Program-made: the position numbers and the translations under genes
Notes under the pieces: generated by a model
The model's database searches: none
Told to the model about the DNA's origin: nothing
What the model saw: only the letters and a program-made list of their open reading frames with translations
Shown here: positions 13,833 to 24,360 of the stretch, piece by piece
How positions within the stretch are numbered: position 1 is the first letter of the stretch
How the letters are laid out: each line of letters starts with the position of its first letter
Source of the DNA: Idiomarina loihiensis L2TR
GTDB taxonomy: Bacteria > Pseudomonadota > Gammaproteobacteria > Enterobacterales > Alteromonadaceae
Assembly (NCBI RefSeq): GCF_000008465.1
Contig: NC_006512.1
Span: 90,001 to 122,000, forward strand
Reading direction: 5' to 3'
DNA: 32,000 nt

Positions 13833-16379
13833 ATGATTATGAAAAAGACATATTTAGCTTGGCTTATTGCCGTTTCATGTGGTGCTACATCCCCACTTAT
13901 GGCTCAGGAAACGCAGGACCAGAGCGCAGATAAAACAGCCGAAGAAAAGCGCATTGAAGAAGTGCTTACTATTGGCTACAGCGACTCAATAAAACGTGCA
14001 GTGCAAGAGCAGCGAGAGTCCAGCGGTATTATCAATGTTCTGAAGAAAGATGACATGGGTAAGCTGCAGGACGACAGCGTTAGTGATGCGTTGCAGCGCA
14101 TTCCTGGTCTATCTGTAGAACGCGACCAGGGTGAAGGACGCTTTATTCGCATTCGTGGTTTAGCCCCCGATTTAAACTCGGTTTCATACAATGGCACCTC
14201 GCTGGCCGCTCCTGAAGCCGGACGCCGAGCCGTGGCGCTAGATGTTATTCCGGCGGATTTGCTGGAATCGGTTGTGGTTAATAAAACCCTGACGCCGGAT
14301 ATCTCAGCAGGCAGCCTTGGCGGTAATATTGAACTGCAAAGCATGACGGCCTTTGACCGTGAGGGCTCGTTCTACTCTTTTACTGCTGATGTTGGTTATA
14401 ACGAGCAGGCCAGCGAAACGAACCCAAAAGTTTCGGGTGTTGTCAGCAACACCTTTGATGTCGGCGATAAAGCGGACAGTTTTGGTATCGCCTTTGCCGG
14501 TAGTTATCAGGATCGCTCATTTACTACCGACAACGTTGAAACCGGCGGAAACTGGGACTTGGATGAACCGGGCCTGGAAGAGTTTGAGCAACGCGCCTAT
14601 TCGGTTACCCGTGAGCGAACCGGCTTAGCCTTAAACCTGGACTATCGTCCTTCCGATGATTCTGAATTCTACCTGCGCTCGCTGTACAGTGAGTTTGCGG
14701 ATACCGAAATTCGTCAGGGTATTGTGACTGAATTTTCTGATCCAATTGGCGCAGAAGCTAGTGCTGGCGGCGAAATTGTTCGTGAGCTTAAAGACCGTAA
14801 AGAAACCCAGGAAATTACAGCGATTGTGCTGGGCACTAAGCAGAAATTTGATGACTGGCATGTCACTTTGGAGGCAGGTACCAGTAAAGCCAGCGAAGAT
14901 CAGCCTTTTGCTATTGGTGGAGCCAAGTTTACGCAGGAATTTGACGAAGGCCTGGGCTACTCAGGTCTGAAACGCTTGCAACTGAACGCGCCAGATACTG
15001 CATATCAGGCGTCAGAATATGAAATTGATGAAGTGGAAGTGAGTGACGCCTACACCGAAGAGACTGAAAAGAACGTTAAGCTGGATGTGGCTTATGACTG
15101 GTTACAACCCAGCTATCAGGTTACTTTTAAAGGCGGTGTTAAGTTAAGCCAACGCGAAAATTCCGCAGAAGAAAACATCTTTATTATGAAAGACTTTGCT
15201 GACTTGGGTGTTACCGGATTAACGCTTGCTGACTACGAAACGTCGTCAAATGTTGAGTATGGCCTGGACAGATTTGGCCCCGGCGCTTCCGCCGGCAAAC
15301 TTTGGGACATGATTAATACCTTCGAGTTACAAAACTTCCGGGATGAAGTTGAATCGAGAATCGCCTCTTACGAAATTGATGAAGACATCAGTGCCGGTTA
15401 CCTGATGGCCGACATGGGCTTCGGTAAGTGGCAGGTTATTGCTGGCGCGCGGTATGAACATGAGGAGCGCGAAGGACGCGGTAACCGTTATGACGACGAA
15501 CTGGAAACCTTTACACCAGTTTCGGATAAATTCAGCGATGCAAACTGGCTTCCTAGTGTGGTGACGCGCTACGACTTAAGTAATGACACTATTATTCGTG
15601 CGGCATACAGCACCGGCCTTGTCAGACCTAACTTTGAACAGGTTAGATCCAGCTATTACCTGGAAAATGACGATGGCGACCTGAAAGCTGAATTCGGTAA
15701 CCCGGATCTTGAACCATTAACCACGCAGAACCTCGATTTTGGTATTGAGCATTACGATGAAACCTTGGGTGTTATTTCCGCCATGGCCTTTTACAAAGAC
15801 ATTAAAAACTTTGTCTATGAAGCCGATGTTGCCGGTCGCCCGGGTTACGAAAACTTCGATGAAGCCGTCACTTATATCAACGGTGATGACGCTTACGTCT
15901 ACGGTTTAGAAGTCAACTTTGTGCATCAGGTGTCTGGTTTTAATAACTGGCTGGATAACTTCTTAATCAATACCAACCTGACTTTCACTGACTCGGAAGC
16001 AACGGTTGACTGGATTGACGATGGTCAGCTTGTGTCACGCGACATTACGCTGCCGAGCCAGTCTGATACCACAGCAAACTTTGCGCTTGGCTACGAAGTT
16101 TATGATGTCAGCTTACGTTTGGCAGCGAACTATAAGTCAAAGTATCTGGCTGAGCTTGGTGACGTTGAAGACAGCCGTTATGACATTTATGAAGACGACA
16201 ATCTGACTCTGGACTTTTCCGCGAAATGGCTCATTAACGACCATGTCAGCCTGAGCTTTGCGGCCAACAACATTACCGATGAACCCTACTATGTTTACAC
16301 CGGCCAGAAGCGATACAACGCGCAGTACGAAAGCTATGGCCGCAGCTTCACTCTGGGTGTGCAGCTAATTAACTGGTAA
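13833..16379 (+). CDS. TonB-dependent outer-membrane receptor
   Basis: 848 aa. Signal peptide (..SPLMA/QE). Plug-domain motifs (DALQRIPGLSVERDQGEGRFIRIRGL). C-terminal aromatic terminus (..GVQLINW). Confidence 0.9.
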   Translation: MIMKKTYLAWLIAVSCGATSPLMAQETQDQSADKTAEEKRIEEVLTIGYSDSIKRAVQEQRESSGIINVLKKDDMGKLQDDSVSDALQRIPGLSVERDQGEGRFIRIRGLAPDLNSVSYNGTSLAAPEAGRRAVALDVIPADLLESVVVNKTLTPDISAGSLGGNIELQSMTAFDREGSFYSFTADVGYNEQASETNPKVSGVVSNTFDVGDKADSFGIAFAGSYQDRSFTTDNVETGGNWDLDEPGLEEFEQRAYSVTRERTGLALNLDYRPSDDSEFYLRSLYSEFADTEIRQGIVTEFSDPIGAEASAGGEIVRELKDRKETQEITAIVLGTKQKFDDWHVTLEAGTSKASEDQPFAIGGAKFTQEFDEGLGYSGLKRLQLNAPDTAYQASEYEIDEVEVSDAYTEETEKNVKLDVAYDWLQPSYQVTFKGGVKLSQRENSAEENIFIMKDFADLGVTGLTLADYETSSNVEYGLDRFGPGASAGKLWDMINTFELQNFRDEVESRIASYEIDEDISAGYLMADMGFGKWQVIAGARYEHEEREGRGNRYDDELETFTPVSDKFSDANWLPSVVTRYDLSNDTIIRAAYSTGLVRPNFEQVRSSYYLENDDGDLKAEFGNPDLEPLTTQNLDFGIEHYDETLGVISAMAFYKDIKNFVYEADVAGRPGYENFDEAVTYINGDDAYVYGLEVNFVHQVSGFNNWLDNFLINTNLTFTDSEATVDWIDDGQLVSRDITLPSQSDTTANFALGYEVYDVSLRLAANYKSKYLAELGDVEDSRYDIYEDDNLTLDFSAKWLINDHVSLSFAANNITDEPYYVYTGQKRYNAQYESYGRSFTLGVQLINW

Positions 16380-16408
16380 CACGGAATAACGGTATTTAAA
16401 GGATAACC

Positions 16409-18217
16409 ATGAGAAATAAAATGATTTTAAGCGCGGTAGCATCAAGTTTGATGCTACTTGCCGCTTGCGGTACGTCAGCGACAGAGACCAATGTTCGTCA
16501 TAAAGTCGCACTGAATAATGACTACCTGAAAGTCACTGCTGACGGACTCAGTCTGGGTGATAAACGCGTTGCCGAAGGCGATTTTTTCCACCTGCGAACT
16601 CTGCCGTTAAGTAATGGTGAAACCCTGATTGGCGCAATGGAAGGCAACACTCAGGAGCTTGTTCTCTGGCGTGCCAGCGGCAAAGCTATACAGCCGGTGT
16701 GGAAGGGCGAAATTACCAGCCGCGTGGTAGAGGATATCTGCTTTTACGAGAGCTACGAAAACCAGCAGCTGTCTGTATTCCTGCTTGGCGGCCGTGGCGG
16801 TGCAGAACAGCGATTGTTAAAGCAGGACGAAAAGTGGCTAAAAGAGCCGCTGGTTATCCGTAATATGAACGTACCTTTTGACAGCACGGCTTGTGTTGTA
16901 TCGAATGCGGAACAAAAGCTGTATGTTGCCGAAGCGGATCAGGCTGTGTGGGCGTATAACGCAGAGCCGGAAGTTGATCAGGGGCGCGACTTAATTGCGG
17001 CAGCCAAACCTTTTGGTGTTATTGAAGGCGAAGTGAAAGCGCTGGAGCTGCTTGATGACGGCAGTTTGCTGGTGCTTGAAGAAGAACCGCCGCGGTTGCT
17101 GGTGTATCGTCAGAATGAGCAGGGTTTTAAGTTTGATAAAGCCTTTGCAATTGACGACGCTGAAGCTTTAACCGATGTGTCTGATTTAGGAAATGGCGAG
17201 CTATTGCTGACAGAAGAAGACATGACCGCAACGAGCAAGCTGACAATTGATACTCTGGAGTCAAAACAGCGTTCGGTTAAAAAGCCGGTGTCTCAGGTTG
17301 AGGCAACACTGCAGACTGAACCCTCACCGTTACGCGGAGATGCAATTGATGATCCTGCTGTTTGGGTACATCCGGAAGCCCCTGAGAAAAGCCGCATTAT
17401 GGCTACGGACAAGCGCACGGGTCTCTATGTTTATGACATGTCCGGTAACATTGTTCAGGAATTCCCAGTGGGCCGCCTGAATAATGTCGATGTTCGGGGC
17501 TCCTGGGCAGTCGCTTCTTTGCGTGACAACAACAGCCTGCAATTGTTTGATATTAGCGCAGACGGAGAGCTTTCGGTTGGTACCAATGCGCTTACCGATA
17601 TTGACGAAATTTACGGTCTTTGCATGGGCTACAATGAGTCGACAGAACAGACCTCCGTTTATGTAAACGGCAAATCCGGCGTTATTCAGCAGTTTGTTAT
17701 AAGCAACGACGGCAAGATGGAAAAAGTTAGAGAGTTAAGCGTTCCTTCTCAGCCTGAAGGTTGTGTTGTCGATGATAAAACGCAACGTTTATTCGTTGGT
17801 GAAGAGGACGTTGCAGTATGGTTATTTGATGCTGCAGCGGATGGTTCAACCTCCGGTGAAGCCATTATTAATGTTGACCAACATGAAGAGCTGGTTGACG
17901 ACATTGAAGGCGTGACTTTCGCCCGGGTCAATGGCAGAGACTTATTGTTTGTGTCCAGTCAGGGCAACGACAGTTACATTGTGTTTGAAGGGCAGGCGCC
18001 CTGGTCGTTGCTTTCGCATTTTCGTATTCGCACCAATACCGAGTTAGCTATTGATGGCGCATCAGAAACCGATGGCATTGACGTAACAACTCGGTCTCTG
18101 GGTAAAGGGTTTGAGCAAGGCGCGTTTATGGTTCAGGACGGACGTAACCGCATGCCGGAAGCGGGTCAGAACCTTAAACTGGTGCCGTTAGAGAATATTC
18201 TTAAAACCATTAAGTAA
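16409..18217 (+). CDS. Beta-propeller phytase (3-phytase), tandem-domain lipoprotein
   Basis: Lipobox LLAAC. BPP signature DDPAVWVHPEAPEKSRIMATDKRTGLYVYDMSGN. An internal duplication is visible (ACVVSNAEQKLYVAEADQAVWAY vs GCVVDDKTQRLFVGEEDVAVWLF). Starts 29 nt after the receptor gene. Confidence 0.85.
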   Translation: MRNKMILSAVASSLMLLAACGTSATETNVRHKVALNNDYLKVTADGLSLGDKRVAEGDFFHLRTLPLSNGETLIGAMEGNTQELVLWRASGKAIQPVWKGEITSRVVEDICFYESYENQQLSVFLLGGRGGAEQRLLKQDEKWLKEPLVIRNMNVPFDSTACVVSNAEQKLYVAEADQAVWAYNAEPEVDQGRDLIAAAKPFGVIEGEVKALELLDDGSLLVLEEEPPRLLVYRQNEQGFKFDKAFAIDDAEALTDVSDLGNGELLLTEEDMTATSKLTIDTLESKQRSVKKPVSQVEATLQTEPSPLRGDAIDDPAVWVHPEAPEKSRIMATDKRTGLYVYDMSGNIVQEFPVGRLNNVDVRGSWAVASLRDNNSLQLFDISADGELSVGTNALTDIDEIYGLCMGYNESTEQTSVYVNGKSGVIQQFVISNDGKMEKVRELSVPSQPEGCVVDDKTQRLFVGEEDVAVWLFDAAADGSTSGEAIINVDQHEELVDDIEGVTFARVNGRDLLFVSSQGNDSYIVFEGQAPWSLLSHFRIRTNTELAIDGASETDGIDVTTRSLGKGFEQGAFMVQDGRNRMPEAGQNLKLVPLENILKTIK

Positions 18218-18247
18218 GTAGTTACTTCTTACACACTTACTGACAAA

Positions 18248-18284
18248 GCCGTCCGGTAGTTAACGCTGCCGGGCGGCTTTTGTT
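18248..18284 (+). terminator. Rho-independent terminator after the phytase gene
   Basis: 12-bp stem gccgtccggtag / ctgccgggcggc (two G-U pairs), 6-nt loop, then TTTTGTT. Confidence 0.7.
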
Positions 18285-18372
18285 CTTACGGCCTGAAGTT
18301 GCAGCTTTCTGGCTACATAAAAGCGAGTGCATTGTCTAGACTTAGTGCAAAGACACCAAATAGAGGAAAGCT

Positions 18373-19719
18373 ATGACAGGTACTGAGCGACAAGATCTTG
18401 GACTGTTCACAGATTTGTATCAGCTCACAATGCTCGATGCGTATTTGCAGGAAGGCATGCAAGACGACGCCGTTTTTACGTTGTTCGTCCGGCGGCTTCC
18501 GAATGAGCGGAAATTTCTGTTGGCTGCGGGGTTAGATCCCTTGCTTGAAACCATTGAAAACCTGTCGTTCAGCGATGACGATTTGCGCTACCTAAAAGAG
18601 CAAAACTTCTCTCAACAGCTTATCGATTATCTTCGTGATTTTGAGTTTACCGGGCAGGTCAGAGCGCTTCCTGAAGGTACGGTATTCTTTGAAAATGAAC
18701 CCATTGTCGAGATTAAAGCGCCGCTGCCACAGGCACAGCTTATTGAAACTCTGGTGATGAATCAGATACACCTGCAAACCTTATTGGCCTCAAAGGGGGC
18801 GCGAGTTGCCCATGCGGCAGAAAAGCGGCCGGTTCTGGATTTTGGTGCACGCAGGGTGCATGGCATTGATGCGGGCAAAAAAGGCAGCCGGGCACTGTAT
18901 TTAAGCGGTATTGCTGCCACTTCAAATATGCTGGCTGCGCGAACTTACGGTTTACCTGTAGCTGGCACTATGGCGCACAGCTATATTCAGGCTCACGATT
19001 CGGAATATCAGGCGTTAAAGAATTTTACCCAGGTTTTTCCGGAAACCGTCCTACTGGTAGACACCATCGATACCTTAAAAGGTGTAGAAAAAGTCATTCA
19101 GTTGGCCAATGAGCTGGGCGATGACTTTAAAGTAAAAGGCATTCGGCTTGACTCCGGTGATTTAGGTGATCTTGCTGTTAAAGCCAGAAAGCTGCTGGAC
19201 GAACATAACCTTCACCATTTAGAGATTATTGCCAGCGGCGGTCTGGACGAACATAAAATTGCGCAGTTAATAGCTGATAGAGCACCTATCGATGGTTTTG
19301 GTGTCGGCACCGGCATGGGGGTCTCCGACGATGCAGCGGCACTTGATATGGCCTACAAACTGGTTGAATACGCGGGCAAGGGGCGTTTGAAGCTTTCCAG
19401 TGGCAAGCCTGTTTTGCCGGGCGAAAAGCAAGTTTTTCGCGAGTCTGGAGACAACTTCCGTCGCGACACTATTGCTCGTGCAGAAGAGCAGTTACCCGGC
19501 GAACCATTGCTGAAAAAAGTGATGCAAAGCGGCAAAAGGTTGCCTTCTCACCAGCGCGACATTGAAGAAATTCGACAGTACGCGCAGCAACAGTTAAATA
19601 AATTACCCGAGTACGTCTCCTCGATAAGCAGCAAGGAGAAGTCTTATCCGATCGAGATAAGCGATAAACTAGCGAGCTACCAGAAAGAAATAACCGAACA
19701 CCTTAAACAAGAGGGTTAG
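18373..19719 (+). CDS. pncB: Nicotinate phosphoribosyltransferase
   Basis: 448 aa. N-terminal TDLYQLTM signature. Phosphoribosyltransferase core (GTMAHS, GIRLDSGD, GVGT). SD AGAGGA upstream. Confidence 0.85.
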   Translation: MTGTERQDLGLFTDLYQLTMLDAYLQEGMQDDAVFTLFVRRLPNERKFLLAAGLDPLLETIENLSFSDDDLRYLKEQNFSQQLIDYLRDFEFTGQVRALPEGTVFFENEPIVEIKAPLPQAQLIETLVMNQIHLQTLLASKGARVAHAAEKRPVLDFGARRVHGIDAGKKGSRALYLSGIAATSNMLAARTYGLPVAGTMAHSYIQAHDSEYQALKNFTQVFPETVLLVDTIDTLKGVEKVIQLANELGDDFKVKGIRLDSGDLGDLAVKARKLLDEHNLHHLEIIASGGLDEHKIAQLIADRAPIDGFGVGTGMGVSDDAAALDMAYKLVEYAGKGRLKLSSGKPVLPGEKQVFRESGDNFRRDTIARAEEQLPGEPLLKKVMQSGKRLPSHQRDIEEIRQYAQQQLNKLPEYVSSISSKEKSYPIEISDKLASYQKEITEHLKQEG

Positions 19720-19744
19720 CCCAGGTTTTCAGCGGAGGGTATTC

Positions 19745-20302
19745 ATGAAAGCGACTTTTGAACAAAACGATGCACTTATCATTGTGGATGTACAAAACGA
19801 TTTTTGTCCGGGCGGCAAGCTGGCGCTGGATGAAGGTGACGAGGTTGTGCCCGTTATTAATGCACTGAGCGCACAGGCTCAGGAGGCTGGCATTCCGGTC
19901 TTTGTTTCAAGAGACTGGCATCCGCGACATCATGTGAGTTTTGACGAGCGCGGCGGGCCATGGCCCGAGCATTGTGTACAGGATACCAAGGGCGCTGAGT
20001 TTCATCCTGATCTTATTTTGCCCGAGAACGCCCGTTTAGTCTCTAAAGGGGCTCGTTTCGATATTGATCAATATTCTGCGTTCGATAAAACGGGGTTGGT
20101 TTCGGAACTTGTGCACCTTAATATCAAACGCGTATGGGTTGTCGGCCTGGCGCTGGAAGTGTGTGTAAAAGCCACGGCACTAGACGCCACAAAAAATGAC
20201 TATGAAACTTTTTTAGTGGAAGAGGGCACCCGCTTTATCGATAGAGCTGACGCTGAGAAAGCCAGAGAAGAGCTCAGAGAGGCAGGTGTTATCTTTAAAT
20301 AA
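19745..20302 (+). CDS. pncA: Nicotinamidase (isochorismatase-family hydrolase)
   Basis: ALIIVDVQNDFCPGG, WHPRHHVSF, and the catalytic Cys context GLALEVCV. SD GGAGGG upstream. Starts 25 nt after pncB. Confidence 0.85.
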   Translation: MKATFEQNDALIIVDVQNDFCPGGKLALDEGDEVVPVINALSAQAQEAGIPVFVSRDWHPRHHVSFDERGGPWPEHCVQDTKGAEFHPDLILPENARLVSKGARFDIDQYSAFDKTGLVSELVHLNIKRVWVVGLALEVCVKATALDATKNDYETFLVEEGTRFIDRADAEKAREELREAGVIFK

Positions 20303-20313
20303 TCATCCAGGAA

Positions 20314-20817
20314 TCAATTATTAAGCGCTTGTTGATAATAGGCGAAGTCACTGTCACTGAATAAAACAAAGCGTATCATTTTGAGGTGGCTGAGCTTTTC
20401 AACATGCGCTTTTACGGTTTTTATTGCTAAATCTGTTGCTTCCTCGAAAGGGTAACCAAAAGCGCCGGTTGATATGGCCGGAAAAGCAATAGACTCGACT
20501 TTGTGCTTTTCGGTTAAATCCAGAGCATTTTTATAGCAGTCTGCCAGCAACTTATCGCTGGGTTCATCCGAGCCGTATACCGGACCTAAGCAATGAATAA
20601 CGTACTTATTGGGCAGATCGAACGCCTCAGTTATTACGGCTTCACCGGGTTTAATCGGCGCTAGCGAGCGTGTAGCTTTCTCAAGTTCAGGGCCAGCTGC
20701 TCGGTGAATAGCTCCGGCGACACCACCACCCGTTTGCAGTTTGGCGTTCGCAGCGTTAACAATGGCTTCTATTTCAGTTTGTTGGTTAATATCACCGTGT
20801 ACACATTCGTATTTCAT
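20314..20817 (-). CDS. Macro-domain protein (O-acetyl-ADP-ribose deacetylase / ADP-ribose binding, YmdB-like)
   Basis: Motifs IVNAANAKLQTGGGVAGAIH and IAFPAISTGAFGYP. SD GGAGGA at 20823-20828 fits the ATGATG at 20815-20820 rather than the TTG at 20865. Confidence 0.85.
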   Translation of the reverse strand: MKYECVHGDINQQTEIEAIVNAANAKLQTGGGVAGAIHRAAGPELEKATRSLAPIKPGEAVITEAFDLPNKYVIHCLGPVYGSDEPSDKLLADCYKNALDLTEKHKVESIAFPAISTGAFGYPFEEATDLAIKTVKAHVEKLSHLKMIRFVLFSDSDFAYYQQALNN

Positions 20818-20861
20818 CATCGTCCTCCGTGCCGTCCTTTTTATAAGGTAGTACATTAGAT

Positions 20862-21509
20862 TCAAAGAGCGACTTTGTTTTTCCTAAACAAAATGACACG
20901 ATCATTGACTATTTCAAGTTCTAACCGGAAATGCCGGGCTATCCACTGTATGGTTTTTGGTGTGTAAAAGCTGATATGGGTGGGATCCCCTTTGTAGCTC
21001 CACAGGTTAAAGTCGTCAGCCGTTTCTTTTGTGAACATGCAGGTCATTACTCCCAGCCAGCCGCCGGGTTTGACCAGGCCAATTAACTGCGCCCAGCTTT
21101 TATCGGGCTCCCGAAAGTGTTCTGCTACTTCGGTGCAGGTGACAAAGTCATACTGACGACTCAACTGGCCGGTATCCGGCGCGTAATAGATGTCATAAAC
21201 AGACATCTTCATCCCCTGTTCTTCAAGCATCAGGTTCAATGTTGGACCGGGACCGGAACCAAAATCAAGACCTTTCATACCCGGAGACAGTTTATCTAGT
21301 AAGGGGGTTGTCAGGTGGTTTAAAAACTCACAGTAGCCAATATCGTTTGGACCATTTTCATGATAGTCGTAAATGAGCTTCTCTTCGGTTTGAGACAGCA
21401 GAGTGTCGGGGTCTGCGAAAATAAGGTCGCACTCTGTGCAGCGAAAATACTGACGCTTTTTATCTGCACAAAAAGGCTGGGATATTGAGGAACATAGAGT
21501 ACATTGCAT
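20862..21509 (-). CDS. Class I SAM-dependent methyltransferase with N-terminal CxxC...CxxC zinc ribbon
   Basis: CTLC ... CTEC at the N-terminus. Motif I is GLDFGSGPGPT. Confidence 0.8.
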   Translation of the reverse strand: MQCTLCSSISQPFCADKKRQYFRCTECDLIFADPDTLLSQTEEKLIYDYHENGPNDIGYCEFLNHLTTPLLDKLSPGMKGLDFGSGPGPTLNLMLEEQGMKMSVYDIYYAPDTGQLSRQYDFVTCTEVAEHFREPDKSWAQLIGLVKPGGWLGVMTCMFTKETADDFNLWSYKGDPTHISFYTPKTIQWIARHFRLELEIVNDRVILFRKNKVAL

Positions 21510-21576
21510 GGGGGTATGCTACCTGACAGATTTAGAGTAAGCTAGTTTTTGAGCACATGGAAAAGGAGAATGGACA

Positions 21577-21858
21577 TTGTATAAACATATATTTTTTATT
21601 GCATCGGTTTTGTTGCTATCAGCGTGCGGTGCGACTAAGCCTGAACCTTACGAAAAAGATGTCAGCCCTGAAAATAGAGAGAAATACAGCGGTGCTGAAG
21701 GTATGGAGCAATATCAGAAAGATCAAAGCTATATCATGAATAAGGAACTCGCTGACAAGTGCGCGTCGGCGAAGATGGAGCTCCTTATTGCAGAGTCGGA
21801 AGAGAACATCAAAGAAATGGAAAAGCAAAAAGAGATAATAGAAGATACCTGTGTGTAA
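21577..21858 (+). CDS. Small lipoprotein (93 aa), TTG start
   Basis: Lipobox LLSAC. SD AAGGAG at 21563-21568 lies 8 nt upstream of TTG 21577. Confidence 0.55.
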   Translation: MYKHIFFIASVLLLSACGATKPEPYEKDVSPENREKYSGAEGMEQYQKDQSYIMNKELADKCASAKMELLIAESEENIKEMEKQKEIIEDTCV

Positions 21859-22098
21859 AAAGCCAGAAGAAAGCTGCTGCGTCTGAAACCTCAAATGCAG
21901 CGGCTTGTATCAATGTTCATTCCAAATTATTAAACACTTGCCTTAAAGTAACCGGCATTCCGATCTTTCCCTCTATTTCTCCTGTATCTATAAAACCTAT
22001 CAAAGCAAACGAAATCTTGCCTTTGAGTAAGTAGCCGGGCGTTGCTATAACTTACATAACAAATATTCAAATTGAGCACAGAAAATAAGGAAGGCTAA

Positions 22099-24276
<2,178 letters not shown>

Positions 24277-24303
24277 TCTGACATCAGGTTAGTGGGCAAT
24301 TAC

Positions 24304-24338
24304 AAAGGGCGCTTGATATCGAGCGCCCTTTTTCTTTG
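24304..24338 (+). terminator. Rho-independent terminator after katG (between convergent genes)
   Basis: Stem aaagggcgct / agcgcccttt, 8-nt loop, then TTTTTCTTT. Confidence 0.8.
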
Positions 24339-24360
24339 AACCGTTTAAGCTTTTAAATGC

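Noticed and set aside
21871-21906. Hairpin aagctgctgc / gcagcggctt after the small lipoprotein gene, as a terminator
   Set aside because: It has a 16-nt loop, one wobble pair and no downstream T-run. Too weak to call.
21973-22000. Possible OxyR site upstream of katG (three CTAT elements)
   Set aside because: The elements are all in the same orientation with 15- and 9-nt offsets. This does not fit ATAG-N7-CTAT-N7-ATAG-N7-CTAT. Not supportable by eye.
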